Source: an uncultured delta proteobacterium (lineage in GTDB: Bacteria; Myxococcota; Myxococcia; Myxococcales; Anaeromyxobacteraceae). From it: a stretch of 64,000 nt of DNA. The first letter of the stretch is position 1; the number at the start of each line of letters is the position of its first letter. The stretch covers positions 96,001 to 160,000 of the forward strand of contig CAWHDZ010000021.1 of the NCBI GenBank assembly GCA_963828255.1, written 5' to 3'. Positions 24,088 to 35,601 of this stretch are shown in pieces. Below the pieces are notes generated by a model. The model searched no databases. It was given only the letters and a program-made list of their open reading frames with translations, and had not been told where the DNA came from. A program made the translations under genes and the position numbers.

Positions 24088-25572
24088 TTGTCCGCCAACA
24101 CCCGATCGCCCGCCGCCCCCCGCGCCGCCACGGTCCGGCGCGCCTACGACGTCTGCGTGATCGGGGCGCAACTGGGAGGGGTCGCCGCCGGGGCGCTGCT
24201 GGCCCGCCGCGGCTACCGGGTCCTCCACGTCGACCACGAGGGGATCGGCACGGGCTACGAGGACGGTGGCTGGAGGATCCCCTGGGGCCCGGCCATCGTC
24301 CCGGCCCTGCGATCCCACCCGGCGGCCGAGGCCGTCCTGGTCGAGCTCGGGCTCGCCACCGACGCCGTGCGCCTCCTCGAGCCGGCCCGCCCCGCGCTCC
24401 AGATCCTGCTCCCGCGCCACCGCGTGGACCTCCCCGCCTCGAAGGGGGAGCGCATCGCCGAGCTGCGCCGGGAGTGGCCGGACGACGCGCCCCGCCTCGA
24501 CGCGGCGCTCTCGGCCGCGCGCGCCGCCTTCGACGCCGAGCAGCCGCTCCTGGCCGCCTTCCCGCCGGTTCCCCCGCGCGGCCTCGTCGAACGCTTCCGG
24601 CTCCACCGCGCCAGGAAGCTCTCCCCCACCGGCGGCGCGCGGGCGCCGGACCCGCTCGCCGACCTGGGAGAGCACCCGCTCGCCTCGGCCCTCCGCGCCG
24701 CCTGGCCGTTCCTCGCCTTCCTCGACGGCCCACCCTCCCCGCTGGGGCTGGCCCGCACGCTGGGGGGCGCGCTGCAGGGCACGCTCCGCACGGCCGGAGG
24801 GGACGCCGCCATCGCCGCGCTGCTGCGCCGGCGCATCGCCGAGTCGCGCGGCGAGCTGCTCGGCGGCGAGGGGGAGCCCACACCGGTCACCGGCCTGGAG
24901 CTCGAGGGCGGGAAGGCCACGACACTGAAGGTGAAGGGAGGCGAGGCCCGCTACGCCGCCCGGGCCTTCCTCTACGCCGGGGAGGTCTCCGCGCTCCCGG
25001 CGCTCACCGGGAAGCCCGAGCGGCTGGAACGCTGGCTCGCCCCGGCCACCCCGTCGGGCCGGCTCGTCTCCCTGGCCTGGGTCCTGCGGGGCGACGCGCT
25101 GCCCGCGCCCCTCGGGGATCTCGCGCTGGCGATCGGGACGGACGGCGCCGCGGTCCTCCTCCAGGCGCTCCCCGCCCTCCGCGCCGGCCCGAAGGGGCCG
25201 GACGCCAGCCCGACCGAGCGGGTCCTCGTCGCCGCCACGCCGGTGCGGGGCCCCGGGGAGACCGCCGCCTGGGCCGTCGAGCGGATCCGCCGGACCGTGG
25301 CCGAGCACCTGCCGTTCCTCGACCGCGCCACCGTGCACGCATCCGACCCGGGCGACCGGCCCGGGGCGCGCGCCTTCCACCCCCTCTTCTCGATCCGCCC
25401 CGACCGGGCCCTGGGCATCGGAGGGGTCACCACGGTCTCCCCGATCGGCAACCTCTTCCTGGCCGGACGCGAGGTGGTCCCCGGGCTGGGCGCCGAGGGG
25501 CAGTTCCACTCGGCCTGGCAGGCCGCCGCGGCGATCGAACGGCACCTCGGAGCGAAGAACCGGCCGAAGTGA
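24088..25572 (+). CDS. FAD/NAD(P)-binding oxidoreductase, phytoene-desaturase-like fold, degenerate
   Basis: [24 protein letters not shown]ossmann start; C-terminal NLFLAG..V.PGLG. Confidence 0.7.
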   Translation: MSANTRSPAAPRAATVRRAYDVCVIGAQLGGVAAGALLARRGYRVLHVDHEGIGTGYEDGGWRIPWGPAIVPALRSHPAAEAVLVELGLATDAVRLLEPARPALQILLPRHRVDLPASKGERIAELRREWPDDAPRLDAALSAARAAFDAEQPLLAAFPPVPPRGLVERFRLHRARKLSPTGGARAPDPLADLGEHPLASALRAAWPFLAFLDGPPSPLGLARTLGGALQGTLRTAGGDAAIAALLRRRIAESRGELLGGEGEPTPVTGLELEGGKATTLKVKGGEARYAARAFLYAGEVSALPALTGKPERLERWLAPATPSGRLVSLAWVLRGDALPAPLGDLALAIGTDGAAVLLQALPALRAGPKGPDASPTERVLVAATPVRGPGETAAWAVERIRRTVAEHLPFLDRATVHASDPGDRPGARAFHPLFSIRPDRALGIGGVTTVSPIGNLFLAGREVVPGLGAEGQFHSAWQAAAAIERHLGAKNRPK

Positions 25573-25573
25573 C

Positions 25574-25602
25574 TTGACGTGGGGCCCCGTCCCGCGTAAG
25601 AA
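25574..25602 (+). promoter_or_regulatory. Sigma70-type promoter of rpmB
   Basis: TTGACG-17-TAAGAA. Confidence 0.5.
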
Positions 25603-25612
25603 CCCGCCCCCA

Positions 25613-25834
25613 ATGGCACGTCGATGCGACATCTGTGGGAAGGGGCCGCTCGTCGGCAACAACGTCTCCCACGCGAACAACAAGACCAAGACCCGCTCGC
25701 TCCCGAACCTCCGCTCCGTTCGGGCGACGGTGGACGGAACCGTCCGCCACGTCCGCATCTGCACCCGTTGCCTCAAGGCCGGCCGCGTCGTGAAGGCGCC
25801 GCACCACGGTGCGCGGGCTGCGGCACGGGCCTGA
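25613..25834 (+). CDS. rpmB: 50S ribosomal protein L28 (zinc-binding CxxC type)
   Basis: [30 protein letters not shown]. Confidence 0.96.
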   Translation: MARRCDICGKGPLVGNNVSHANNKTKTRSLPNLRSVRATVDGTVRHVRICTRCLKAGRVVKAPHHGARAAARA

Positions 25835-27456
25835 TTCCGGATCCGAAGGGTGAGGCGGCTCCCGGTGACGGGGGAACGCTCGACCTGCGCCGTTCGCTCG
25901 CCCTGCTTCGCGGGCGGAAGCGGCTCGACCTGCTCCTCGACCAGCCCGACCCCCAGGCGGTCGTGCGGTCGCTCCCCGCCGACGAGCTCTACCACTCCAT
26001 CCAGGAAGCCGGCCTCACCGACGCCTCGGACGTGGTCCAGCTCGCCTCGCCCGAGCAGTTCCGCACCTTCGTGGACCTCGACGCCTGGCGTGGCGACGAG
26101 GTGGACCCGCTGCGCCTGGTCCCCTGGCTGCGGGTCGCCCGCGGCGCCCACTCCGGCGCCGACCGCGAGGCCGACCTCACCGCCTGGCGCGAGAAGCTCG
26201 CCGCCCTCGACCCCGAGCTGGTGAGCCTGCTGCTTCGCTCGGCGCTCCGGATCCACGACCTCGAGGAGGACGAGGACCCGGACTTCGAGAGCGAGCGGTT
26301 CATGCGGACGGCGGAGGGGCGCTACATCGTGGAGTTCCTGCCCGACGGCGCAGACTACGTCTCGGTGCGCCGGCTCGTGGACGACCTCTACGAGCGCGAT
26401 GCATTCATGGCCGGCCGGGTCCTCTCGGCGGTCCGCTGGGAGCTGGTGAGCGATCTCGAGGAGCAGGCGCTCCGCTGGCGGGAAGGCCGGCTCGCCGATC
26501 TCGGCTACCCCACCTTCGAGGAGGCCCTCTCCTGGTTCGCCCGACCGGCGGCGCGCGGGAACGCCCCCGCCGGCCTGGCCGAGCGGCCGCCCGGGTTCTG
26601 GCTCGCCTCCTTCCGCCGCGAGACCCTCCTGGACCGCGCCGCGGCAGGGCTGCCCGCCGCGGCCCTCCCCCGCTTCGAGAGCGAGGCGCTCGCCGCCGCC
26701 AACGCGGCCATCGTCGCCGACCGGGTGGACCCCTCCGACCCCGAGGCGGTCCGCACGGCGGTCGAGTCGGCGCGGACGCTCCTCGAGCTGGGGCTCGAGT
26801 CCGTCTCCGGAGGCGACGTGGACGCAGCCACCCTGGCGCTCTCCTCGACGCCGCTCAAGTCGATCTTCCAGCGCGGCTTCGGCCGGCTCCTCGAGCTTCG
26901 CTGGAGGGCGGAGCGCATCCGCAAGGAGGCCGCCGCGGCCGGACCGCTCCCCGCGCTCGACTCCCCGGTCGGCGAGGCCTTCGCCGCGGTCCAGCGCCGC
27001 CGTCCCCGCTTCTTCCCGGGGCTCGAGCGGCCCGGCGAGGAGTGGGGCTCGGTGACCGCCGGGGCCTTCGTGGAACGCCCGTTTCGCTCCGCGAACGAGG
27101 TGGAACGCACCGCATCCGCCCTCGGCGACGCCGAGGGGCTCCTCGCCCTGGGGCGCTCCCTCGGGCTCGCGCCGTCCGCTGGGCCGAACCCGCCCTCGCT
27201 CGCCGCCCTCTACCTCACCGCGCTGGCCAACGAGCGGCTGGGGCGCGCCTTCTCGCCGGCGCCGCTCCTCCGCACGGAGATCCCCGCCGCCACCCGGGCC
27301 CTCGAGCGCATCGAGGATCCCCGGCTCTCCGGCGCCGGGGCTCCTGGCGCGCTCCTCCTCGTCATGGCCCGGAACCGCGCCGCCGAGCTCGCGCCGGTCC
27401 GGGTGGGCGAGGAGCCGCCTCCCGGCTCGATCGCCGCGGTGCTGGTCTCCGGGTAG
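25831..27456 (+). CDS. Conserved hypothetical protein (DUF6178-like); start uncertain
   Basis: [38 protein letters not shown] pattern; no clear ATG, possible CTG at 25831. Confidence 0.65.
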   Translation: MIPDPKGEAAPGDGGTLDLRRSLALLRGRKRLDLLLDQPDPQAVVRSLPADELYHSIQEAGLTDASDVVQLASPEQFRTFVDLDAWRGDEVDPLRLVPWLRVARGAHSGADREADLTAWREKLAALDPELVSLLLRSALRIHDLEEDEDPDFESERFMRTAEGRYIVEFLPDGADYVSVRRLVDDLYERDAFMAGRVLSAVRWELVSDLEEQALRWREGRLADLGYPTFEEALSWFARPAARGNAPAGLAERPPGFWLASFRRETLLDRAAAGLPAAALPRFESEALAAANAAIVADRVDPSDPEAVRTAVESARTLLELGLESVSGGDVDAATLALSSTPLKSIFQRGFGRLLELRWRAERIRKEAAAAGPLPALDSPVGEAFAAVQRRRPRFFPGLERPGEEWGSVTAGAFVERPFRSANEVERTASALGDAEGLLALGRSLGLAPSAGPNPPSLAALYLTALANERLGRAFSPAPLLRTEIPAATRALERIEDPRLSGAGAPGALLLVMARNRAAELAPVRVGEEPPPGSIAAVLVSG

Positions 27457-27483
27457 GCCCCCCCGCCCTCGGAGCGCCGCCCG

Positions 27484-28491
27484 TCATGCCGGGCGCGCTC
27501 CCTCGACGAAGGTGGCCTCGCGCGCCCAGCGGAAGGCCTGGTCGATCTGCTCGTCGGCCAGCACCCCGTCGCGGCGCAGCATCTCCACCTCGCGCCGCAA
27601 GTCGGTGTCGAGCAGGTACGGGCCGTCGGTGTTGATGGTGAAGCGCACCCCGGCGCGCCAGAGCTTCTGGAGCACCTCGCGCATCTCCGCCGTCCCCGAG
27701 ACGGCGCGGGTGGCCAGGTTCGACGTCGGGCAGATCTCGAGCGTCACGCCCCTCTCCCGCAGGAGCGCCATCACGCTCTCGTCCTGCGCGGCCCGGATGC
27801 CGTGGCCGATCCGGTCGGGCTCGAGCTGCTCCACCACGGCCCGGACCCCCTCCGCGCCGGTGCCGGCGGTCTCGCCGGTGTGCACGGTGGTCCTGAGGCC
27901 CGCCTTGCGGGCGTGGGCGAAGAGCGCGCGGTACTTCCCCACCGCCGCCGGGTCGAGCTCGAGCGCGTTGCGCTCGGTTCCGGCCAGGTCGATCCCCACC
28001 ACGCCCCGCTTCTGGTAGCGGATGGCCTTCTCCACGATGATCTCGTTCAGGTGGGGCTCGAACTCGCGGGCCAGGCAGAAGATGAGGCCGGCCTGCACGC
28101 CGTACTCGAGCACCCCCCGGTCCATCCCGCGGAGCGCGGCATGGATGATGTGGTCGAGGTCCCGCTCGCCGCCCTGGTTGCGCTTCATGGGGTTGAAGCG
28201 CAGCTCGATCAGGTTCACGCGGGAGGAGCGGTACTCCTTCCCGATGATCTCGTGGACGCTGCGCTCCATGGCCTGGGGCGACGACTGGATGCGCTCCGTC
28301 CACTGGTGGAGCACGGCCAGGTACTCGTCGAGCGACTTCACCTTCCCGGGGCGTGCGGAGACCAGTTCCCGGAACTCCCAGTAGTCGGCCACCGGGAGCT
28401 TCAAGCCCTGCTCGTGCGCGATGGACCAGAGGGTGTGGGGCGCCGCCGCCCCTCCCACGTGGATGTGGAGGTCGGAGAGGTCCCGCGTCAC
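27484..28491 (-). CDS. add: Adenosine deaminase family protein
   Basis: DLHIH, GIDLAG, HTGE, RIGHG, EICPTSN, INTDGP. Confidence 0.88.
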   Translation of the reverse strand: MTRDLSDLHIHVGGAAAPHTLWSIAHEQGLKLPVADYWEFRELVSARPGKVKSLDEYLAVLHQWTERIQSSPQAMERSVHEIIGKEYRSSRVNLIELRFNPMKRNQGGERDLDHIIHAALRGMDRGVLEYGVQAGLIFCLAREFEPHLNEIIVEKAIRYQKRGVVGIDLAGTERNALELDPAAVGKYRALFAHARKAGLRTTVHTGETAGTGAEGVRAVVEQLEPDRIGHGIRAAQDESVMALLRERGVTLEICPTSNLATRAVSGTAEMREVLQKLWRAGVRFTINTDGPYLLDTDLRREVEMLRRDGVLADEQIDQAFRWAREATFVEGARPA

Positions 28492-28513
28492 GACGGCCGA
28501 CCGCGCGACCCGG

Positions 28514-28990
28514 TCAATGCTCTGCCTCGTCGGGCGCAGCGTCGCCCGCCGCGCCGAGCCCGAGCCCGCAGTCGGGGCACTCGGCGGCGCTGCCGGCCGG
28601 CGTGAAGCGGTGTCCGCAGGCCGGGCACTGGATCTCGCCCCCCGCGTCGAGGTCCACGCCGCGCAGCCCGCGCTCCGCCGCCTCCCGCGCCCCGGTCTCG
28701 ACCAGGAGGTCGGCCCATTCGGCCCGCAGGGCCGCCTGGGCGGCCTCCACCTCGGCCGCGGGGACGTAGAGGTTCCAGAGCGGATGCTGCTTCTGCTCGG
28801 GCCGCCCGGGCGGAACCTGCTCCATTCCCGGGGAGAGCCCCTCGCCCTCGAGGGCCTCCATCATCTCCTTCACCGATGCGTAGCCGGACCGCGAGAGCAA
28901 CCTCAGCCCTTCCCCCTCCGCGGCGCAGGTCACGCAGGTCCCGGCGTCGTCGAGCGGGGTGTTGCACTTCGGACATCCGGCCACGGCCAT
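28514..28990 (-). CDS. Hypothetical double zinc-ribbon protein
   Basis: CPKC..CVTC at the N-terminus and CPAC..CPDC at the C-terminus; GGAG RBS before ATG 28990. Confidence 0.75.
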   Translation of the reverse strand: MAVAGCPKCNTPLDDAGTCVTCAAEGEGLRLLSRSGYASVKEMMEALEGEGLSPGMEQVPPGRPEQKQHPLWNLYVPAAEVEAAQAALRAEWADLLVETGAREAAERGLRGVDLDAGGEIQCPACGHRFTPAGSAAECPDCGLGLGAAGDAAPDEAEH

Positions 28991-29057
28991 GGTGCTCCTC
29001 CTCGGTCGCCGGATGTTCGCCCTCCCCGGCGCTCCCACGGCTATACTCCCACGCCTC

Positions 29058-29897
29058 ATGATCATCGACGGAAAACAGGTTGCCGCGAAGGTCCGCGCCG
29101 AGGTCGCAGACCTCGTGCGGGAGATGACCCGGCAGGGACTCGTGCCCGGGCTGACCGTGGTCCGCGTCGGGGACGACCCGGCCTCGGCGGTCTACGTCCG
29201 GGGGAAGCGAAAGGCCTGCGAGGAGGTGGGGATGCGCTCGGTGGAGCACCATCTCCCGGCCACCGTGGGGGAGGTCGAGCTCCTCGACCTCATCGCCCGC
29301 CTGAACGGCGACCCCGAGACCCACGGCATCCTGGTGCAGCTCCCGCTGCCGAAGCAGATCGACGAGTCGAAGGTGCTCGACGCCATCTCGCCGGCCAAGG
29401 ACGCCGACGGCTTCCACCCCGTGAACGTGGGAGCGCTCTGGCTCGGGAAGCCCGCCCCCCGCCCGTGCACCCCGGCCGGGGTGATGCGGCTCCTCGACGA
29501 GGCGGGCGTCGATCCCAAGGGGAAGCGGGCGCTCGTCATCGGCCGCTCCCACATCGTCGGCAAGCCCATGGCGGCCATGCTCCTCGACCGCCACGCCACG
29601 GTGACGGTGGCCCACTCCCGGACCGAGGACCTGGCCGGCGAGGTGGGCCGCGCAGACATCCTGGTGGCCGCCATCGGCAAGGCCGAGATGGTCAAGGGCG
29701 CCTGGGTGAAGCCGGGCTCCGTGGTCATCGACGTGGGGATGAACCGGAAGGCCGACGGGAAGCTCTGCGGCGACGTCGAGTTCGTCGAGGCCGAGAAGCG
29801 GGCCGGGGCGATCACCCCCGTGCCCGGCGGCGTCGGCCCGATGACCATCGCCATGCTGCTCGTGAACACCCTCGCGCTTGCCCGCCGGGCGCGATGA
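29058..29897 (+). CDS. folD: Methylene-THF dehydrogenase/cyclohydrolase
   Basis: [36 protein letters not shown]. Confidence 0.97.
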   Translation: MIIDGKQVAAKVRAEVADLVREMTRQGLVPGLTVVRVGDDPASAVYVRGKRKACEEVGMRSVEHHLPATVGEVELLDLIARLNGDPETHGILVQLPLPKQIDESKVLDAISPAKDADGFHPVNVGALWLGKPAPRPCTPAGVMRLLDEAGVDPKGKRALVIGRSHIVGKPMAAMLLDRHATVTVAHSRTEDLAGEVGRADILVAAIGKAEMVKGAWVKPGSVVIDVGMNRKADGKLCGDVEFVEAEKRAGAITPVPGGVGPMTIAMLLVNTLALARRAR

Positions 29898-30979
29898 GGT
29901 TCGTGGTCGCCGCGGCGCTCGTCCTGGCTGCGGCCTGCACGCAGGGGTCCGACTTCGTGCTTCGCCCGGAGCCGCTCGGCCCCGCGCCCGCCCCGGCCAC
30001 GGTGGTCTTCCGGGCCATCCACATCGCGGACTTCGGCGACGACACCCGCCTGCAGGGCAAGGTGGCCGAGGCCATGGCGGCCACCGCGCGCGCGCTGCCG
30101 GTGGATCTCGTCCTCCACCCCGGGGACAACGTCTACGAGTGCGGCCCCGACCCGATGCTGCCCGGGGCGGAGCGGTGCGCGTTCGGCCCCGACCAGAACG
30201 CCGTTGCGCCCGGCTACGTGCCGCCGAGGGATCCGTCCTTCGAGAACCTCTTCGAGAGGCCGCTCGCCGGCGTGGTGCGCGATGGCAAGCCGGTCCCGGT
30301 GCTCCTCACCCTGGGAAACCACGACGTGGCGGCAATGGGTACCTGCGCCTCCGGGGGCGAGGCGCGGGTGATCGCCCGGCGGCGCGCCTGCCTGGAGGTG
30401 GCCCACCGGTCGCCGAGCTGGTCCATGCCGGGCCGCCACTGGGTCGAGGACCGTGGACCGGTGCGGTTCATCGGCATCGACTCCAACCTCATCAAGCGCG
30501 ACTACGGCGGCTTCTCCTTCGATGACGAGGTCGCCTTCGTGACCGAGGCCGCGCGCCCTTGCAAGGAGCGGCTCTGCTTCATCGTCTCCCATCACCCGAG
30601 CGCCTCGGCCGGGGAGCACCGCGCCGACGCGACGCCCGAATACCTGGCCCGGGTGAAGCGCATCGAGGAGGCGGCCGGCCCCGTCGCCGGCTGGATGGCC
30701 GGCCACGAGCACCAGCTCGAGCACCTCCGGGCTCCCTCCGGCTACGACGTCTTCATCGCGGCCAGCGGTTCCCGCGACCGTCCGGGCGAACGGTTCACCG
30801 CCGTCTCCGTGCCCGGCGCCCGCCTCCTCTTCGCCACCACCCGGCCCGGCTTCGGGCTCCTCGAGGTGGCGGCCGGCGGCGGCTGGGCCTACCGCTTCCT
30901 CGACCAGTCGGGCAAGAACATCCAGTGCTGCACGGCCCCTGCACGGGGGGCCTGCACGCCGGTGACCTGCCCTCCATGA
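29894..30979 (+). CDS. Metallophosphoesterase (purple acid phosphatase-like) lipoprotein
   Basis: LAAAC lipobox; ADFG, GDNVY, GNHD, SHHP, GHEH motifs; ATGA overlap with folD. Confidence 0.88.
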   Translation: MRFVVAAALVLAAACTQGSDFVLRPEPLGPAPAPATVVFRAIHIADFGDDTRLQGKVAEAMAATARALPVDLVLHPGDNVYECGPDPMLPGAERCAFGPDQNAVAPGYVPPRDPSFENLFERPLAGVVRDGKPVPVLLTLGNHDVAAMGTCASGGEARVIARRRACLEVAHRSPSWSMPGRHWVEDRGPVRFIGIDSNLIKRDYGGFSFDDEVAFVTEAARPCKERLCFIVSHHPSASAGEHRADATPEYLARVKRIEEAAGPVAGWMAGHEHQLEHLRAPSGYDVFIAASGSRDRPGERFTAVSVPGARLLFATTRPGFGLLEVAAGGGWAYRFLDQSGKNIQCCTAPARGACTPVTCPP

Positions 30980-30983
30980 TGCC

Positions 30984-31011
30984 TTGACCCTCGGGGGGCG
31001 GCCGATACAAT
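30984..31011 (+). promoter_or_regulatory. Sigma70-type promoter of the gcv operon
   Basis: TTGACC-16-TACAAT. Confidence 0.55.
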
Positions 31012-31033
31012 CCCGCCGCCCTCCCCTACCCCG

Positions 31034-32125
31034 GTGGCCCAGATGGCGAAGCGCACCCCGCTCCACGACGTACACGTGCAATCCGGCGCCCGGATGGTCG
31101 AGTTCGCCGGCTGGGACATGCCGGTCCAGTACTCGGGCGTCCTCGACGAGCACGAGGCGGTGCGCACCCGCGCCGGCCTCTTCGACGTCTCCCACATGGG
31201 CGAGGTGGTCTTCCGCGGGCCCAAGGCGCTCGAGGCGCTCAACCGGGTCTTCACGAACGACCTCTCCCGCGTGGCCGACGGCCAGGCCCAGTACGGCTGC
31301 CTGTGCCGCGAGGACGGCGGCATCGTCGACGACGTCGTGATCTACCGTCGCTCGGCCGAGGACCTCCTGGTCTGCGTGAACGCCGGGAACCGCCAGAAGG
31401 ACTTCGAATGGCTGCGCGACCACGCCGGCGGCGCGCAGGTGGCCAACGAATCGGACGACTGGGTCCAGCTGGCCCTGCAGGGGCCCCGGGCCCAGGCCAT
31501 CCTCACGCCCCTCACCGGCGCCGACCTGGCGAAGCTCGCGACCTTCCACTTCGTGGAAGGCGACGTGGCGGGCGTGCCCTGCACCATCGCCCGCACCGGC
31601 TACACCGGCGAGGACGGGTTCGAGCTCTTCTGCCGCCCGGCGCTGGGCGTGAAGCTCTGGAAGGCGCTCATGGAGGCCGGGAAGGCCGAGGGGCTGGTCC
31701 CGGCCGGCCTGGGCGCCCGCGACACGCTGCGGCTCGAGGTGGCCTACCGGCTCTACGGCAACGACATGGACGACGCCACCACCCCGCTCGAGGCCGGCCT
31801 GGGCTGGGTGGTCAAGCTCGACAAGGGCGACTTCATCGGCCGCGACGCCCTGCTCCGCCAGAAGGCGGCCGGCCTGCCCCGCAAGCTGGTGGGCTTCGTC
31901 CTCACCGATCCGGGCATCGCCCGCCACGGCTTCGACGTGCTCCACGACGGCAAGAAGGTCGGGGTGGTGGCCAGCGGCACCAAGTCACCTACCGTGAAAA
32001 CCTCCATCGGGCTGGCCTTCGTCCCGCCCGCGCTGGCCGCGGAGGGCTCCAGCTTCGCGGTGGACATCCGGGGCCGGCCCGCTGCTGCACAGGTTGTGAA
32101 GACGCCCTTCTACACGAGGAAATGA
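31034..32125 (+). CDS. gcvT: Glycine cleavage aminomethyltransferase T
   Basis: FAGWDMPVQY, FDVSHMG, RTGYTGEDG, GLGARDTLRLE. Confidence 0.97.
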   Translation: MAQMAKRTPLHDVHVQSGARMVEFAGWDMPVQYSGVLDEHEAVRTRAGLFDVSHMGEVVFRGPKALEALNRVFTNDLSRVADGQAQYGCLCREDGGIVDDVVIYRRSAEDLLVCVNAGNRQKDFEWLRDHAGGAQVANESDDWVQLALQGPRAQAILTPLTGADLAKLATFHFVEGDVAGVPCTIARTGYTGEDGFELFCRPALGVKLWKALMEAGKAEGLVPAGLGARDTLRLEVAYRLYGNDMDDATTPLEAGLGWVVKLDKGDFIGRDALLRQKAAGLPRKLVGFVLTDPGIARHGFDVLHDGKKVGVVASGTKSPTVKTSIGLAFVPPALAAEGSSFAVDIRGRPAAAQVVKTPFYTRK

Positions 32126-32127
32126 CC

Positions 32128-32517
32128 ATGAACTTTCCCGAGGATCTGAAGTACACCCGCGATCACGAGTGGGCCCGCATCCAGGGCGCCAAGGTCACTG
32201 TGGGCATCACCGACTTCGCCCAGGACCAGCTGGGGGACGTGGTCTACGTCGAGCTCCCCGATGTCGGCGACGTGATCAAGAAGGGCGAGACCTTCGGCGT
32301 GGTCGAGTCCACCAAGGCCGTCTCCGACCTCTTCGCCCCGATCACCGGCAAGGTGATCGAGGTGAACGGACCGCTCGTCGACGCCCCGGAGACCGTCAAC
32401 GAGGACCCCTACGAGGAGGGCTGGATGATCGTCGTGGAGGCCTCCGACCCGAAGGAGCTCGCCGAGCTCCTGGATGCCGCCGCCTACCGGAAGTTCGTCG
32501 AGGAAGAGCAGGAGTAG
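32128..32517 (+). CDS. gcvH: Glycine cleavage H protein
   Basis: HEW, GITDFAQDQLGD, VESTKAVSD lipoyl-Lys, NEDPY..GW. Confidence 0.97.
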   Translation: MNFPEDLKYTRDHEWARIQGAKVTVGITDFAQDQLGDVVYVELPDVGDVIKKGETFGVVESTKAVSDLFAPITGKVIEVNGPLVDAPETVNEDPYEEGWMIVVEASDPKELAELLDAAAYRKFVEEEQE

Positions 32518-32520
32518 ACC

Positions 32521-33855
32521 TTGCGCTACCATCCCCACACCCCTGGTGACGTCCGGCGGATGCTGGACGTCTGCGGGGTGTCGTCCGTCTCCGAGCTGTT
32601 CCGCTCCATCCCCGAGGGGCTCCGCCTGGCGAGGCCGCTCGACGTCCCGGCCGCGACCGACGAGGTGTCGCTCCTCTCCGAGTTCCAGCGCCTCGCGGCG
32701 CGGAACCGGACCGAGCACCCGCCCTTCGTCGGGGCCGGCGCCTACGCGCACCACGTCCCGCCGGTGGTGGACCAGTTGCTCCTGCGGGGCGAGTTCTTCA
32801 CGGCCTACACCCCGTACCAGCCGGAGATCGCCCAGGGCACGCTGCAGGCCCTCTTCGAGTGGCAGACCTTCGTGACCCTGCTGACCGGGCTCGAGATCTC
32901 CAACGCCTCCATGTACGACGGCGCCTCGGCGACGGCCGAGGCGGTCCTGCTCGCCACCCGGACCACCAGCCGCGACAAGGTGGTGGTGAGCGCCGCGCTC
33001 CACCCCGAGTACCGCAAGGTGCTCGCCACCTACCTGGCCTCCACCGGCGACGAGATCGTCACCGTCCCCCACGGCGCCGACGGCCGCACCGATCTGGCCG
33101 CGCTCGACGCGGTGGTGGACGACCGGACGGCCGCGGTGGTCGTCGGCTACCCCAACTTCTTCGGCGTGATCGACGCGCTGCCCGAGGCCGCGGCCATCGC
33201 GAAGCGCGCTGGGGCGCTCTGCGTCTCGGTCACCTCCGAGGCGGTCTCGCTCGGCCTCCTCCAGGCCCCCGGCGCCCTGGGCGCCGACGTGGCGGTGGGA
33301 ACGCTGCAGAGCTTCGGCAACGGCCTCAACTTCGGGGGGCCGGCGCCGGGATTCCTGGCCATCCGCGAGGGGCTCGTCCGGCAGATGCCGGGCCGGGTGG
33401 CCGGCGCCACCGTGGACCGCAACGGTCGCCGCGGCTTCGTCCTCACCCTCTCCACCCGCGAGCAGCACATCCGGCGCGAGAAGGCCACGTCCAACATCTG
33501 CACCAACGCCGGGCTGGCGGCGCTCGCCGCCACCATCCACCTCTCGCTGCTCGGGAAGTCCGGGCTGGCACACCTGGCCCGCCTGAACCACGCCCGGGGC
33601 AGGCAGCTCCGCGACGCCATGAAGAAGGCCGGGTTCGGACCGTGCTTCTCCGGACCGACGTTCAACGAGGCCGCCTTCGAGGTCGGCGACGCCGCCGCCG
33701 TCGTGGAGCGGCTGGCCAGGAAGGGCATCGCCGCCGGCGTCCCGCTCTCCCGCTGGTATCCCGAGCCCGGGATGAAGGGCGCGCTCCTCAGCGTCGCCAC
33801 CGAGTTGCACACTCCCGAGCTCATCGAGCTCTTCGCGCAGTCGGTGAGGGGATAG
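32521..33855 (+). CDS. gcvPA: Glycine dehydrogenase subunit 1
   Basis: [36 protein letters not shown]. Confidence 0.97.
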   Translation: MRYHPHTPGDVRRMLDVCGVSSVSELFRSIPEGLRLARPLDVPAATDEVSLLSEFQRLAARNRTEHPPFVGAGAYAHHVPPVVDQLLLRGEFFTAYTPYQPEIAQGTLQALFEWQTFVTLLTGLEISNASMYDGASATAEAVLLATRTTSRDKVVVSAALHPEYRKVLATYLASTGDEIVTVPHGADGRTDLAALDAVVDDRTAAVVVGYPNFFGVIDALPEAAAIAKRAGALCVSVTSEAVSLGLLQAPGALGADVAVGTLQSFGNGLNFGGPAPGFLAIREGLVRQMPGRVAGATVDRNGRRGFVLTLSTREQHIRREKATSNICTNAGLAALAATIHLSLLGKSGLAHLARLNHARGRQLRDAMKKAGFGPCFSGPTFNEAAFEVGDAAAVVERLARKGIAAGVPLSRWYPEPGMKGALLSVATELHTPELIELFAQSVRG

Positions 33856-33857
33856 AC

Positions 33858-35426
33858 ATGGCCAACCCGACCGGCTGGAAGCCCAGCATGGAGAAGGGCG
33901 CCGGCAGCGGCGCCGACGCCCAGGAGACGGGGCTCATGGGCGCCACCCGCGGACTGGCCGTGGAGGAGCCGCTGGTGTTCGAGCAGGGCTCTCCCGGCCG
34001 CAGCGCGGTCTCGTTGCCACCCGTGCCCGAAGGCTTCGACCCGGCCGCCGGGATCCCGGCCGGGCTGCTCCGCGGCGAGATCGCCGGGATGCCCGAGATG
34101 GCCGAGCTGGAGGTGGTCCGTCACTTCACCCGGCTCTCCCAGTGGAACTGGGGCATCGACACCGGGTTCTACCCGCTGGGCTCCTGCACCATGAAGTACA
34201 ACCCCAAGTCGAGCGAGGCCCTGGCGCGCCTCCCCGGCTTCTCCGGCGCCCACCCGCTGCTCCCCGGCTCGATGAGCCAGGGGGCGCTCGAGCTCATCTG
34301 GAAGCTGGAGCGCGCCCTCTCCGAGATCGCCGGCTTCCCGGCCTCCGTCATGTCGCCGGCCGCCGGCGCGCAGGGCGAGCTCTGCGGCCTCATGATGATC
34401 CGCGCGTACCACGTGGCCCGGGGCAATCCGCGCCACAAGGTGCTCATCCCCGACACGGCCCACGGGACCAACCCGGCCTCGGCGGCCTTCAACGGCTACT
34501 CCACTGTGACCCTGGAGAGCGGCCCCGACGGCCGTCTCCATCCGGAGACGGTGGCGAAGGCGATGGACGAGGACGTCGCCGCCATCATGATCACGAACCC
34601 CAACACCCTGGGGATCTTCGAGAGCCACATCGCCGAGATCGCCGCCATCGTGCACGCCAGGGGCGGCCTGGTGTACGGCGACGGCGCGAACTTCAACGCG
34701 CTCCTGGGCGTGGCCCGCCCCGGCGACATGGGGTTCGACGTCATGCAGTACAACCTGCACAAGACCTTCGCCACGCCCCACGGCGGCGGGGGCCCCGGCT
34801 CCGGTCCGGTGGGCGTGGTCGATGCGCTCGTGCCCTTCATGCCGCTTCCGGTGGTGGTGAAGGAGGGCGAGACCTACCGGCTCGTCACCGACCCGGCCGA
34901 GCGGCCCCGGACCATCGGGAAGATCCGCGAGTTCTGGGGCAACATGGGCATGTTCGTCCGCGCCTGGGCGCTCATCCGCGAGCTCGGTCCCGAGGGGCTG
35001 CGGCGCGTGGGCGAGCTGGCCGTGCTGAACGCCAACTACGTCCGCGCCGAGCTCAAGGGGCACTTCAACCTGCCCTACGAGACCGAGACCCTCCACGAGG
35101 TGGTCTTCGACGACAAGCTCCAGAAGGACGCCGGCGTCTCCACCATGGACCTGGCCAAGCGGCTCATCGACCACGGCTCGCATCCGCCCACGGTCTACTT
35201 CCCGCTGGTCGTCCACGGGGCCATCATGATCGAGCCCACCGAGACCGAGTCGAAGGAGACGCTCGACCAGTTCGTCGCGGCCATGCGCGCCATCGCCGCC
35301 GAGGCGAAGACCGACCCCGAGGCGCTCAAGGCGGCGCCCCGGAAGACCGTGCGTGCCCGGCTCGACGAGACCCGTGCCGCACGCAAGCCGGTCCTGCGCT
35401 GGACTCCGGGGATGAAGGTCGAATAG
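33858..35426 (+). CDS. gcvPB: Glycine dehydrogenase subunit 2
   Basis: PLGSCTMKYNP, AHGTNPASA, NLHKTF..PHGGGGPG, IEPTETE. Confidence 0.97.
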   Translation: MANPTGWKPSMEKGAGSGADAQETGLMGATRGLAVEEPLVFEQGSPGRSAVSLPPVPEGFDPAAGIPAGLLRGEIAGMPEMAELEVVRHFTRLSQWNWGIDTGFYPLGSCTMKYNPKSSEALARLPGFSGAHPLLPGSMSQGALELIWKLERALSEIAGFPASVMSPAAGAQGELCGLMMIRAYHVARGNPRHKVLIPDTAHGTNPASAAFNGYSTVTLESGPDGRLHPETVAKAMDEDVAAIMITNPNTLGIFESHIAEIAAIVHARGGLVYGDGANFNALLGVARPGDMGFDVMQYNLHKTFATPHGGGGPGSGPVGVVDALVPFMPLPVVVKEGETYRLVTDPAERPRTIGKIREFWGNMGMFVRAWALIRELGPEGLRRVGELAVLNANYVRAELKGHFNLPYETETLHEVVFDDKLQKDAGVSTMDLAKRLIDHGSHPPTVYFPLVVHGAIMIEPTETESKETLDQFVAAMRAIAAEAKTDPEALKAAPRKTVRARLDETRAARKPVLRWTPGMKVE

Positions 35427-35474
35427 CTCGCACTTCGCCATTCCCCCGAACCGCATGGAAGAGCCCTGTTCGTT

Positions 35475-35495
35475 GGGGGTTTTTCCCCTTTTTCT
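35475..35495 (+). terminator. Possible weak intrinsic terminator after the gcv operon
   Basis: GGGG-TTTTT-CCCC hairpin followed by a T run. Confidence 0.35.
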
Positions 35496-35601
35496 GGTCG
35501 GGGGGCCTGGACGGCTCGCTTTTTTGTGGCAGGCTGTCGAACGCCATGGAGGCAACCCGGGCTCCCGCACCGGCGGGGTCCCGCACCAGGAGAGCGCGAA
35601 C

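Noticed and set aside
23050..26256. 1068-aa minus-strand ORF, and similar long ORFs such as 9783..12506, 29192..31945 and 54285..57551
   Set aside because: Antisense to well-supported genes; explained by stop-codon scarcity in high-GC DNA.
30980..31042. Glycine riboswitch upstream of gcvT
   Set aside because: The intergenic region is too short and lacks the GGAGA..CCGAAG aptamer pattern.
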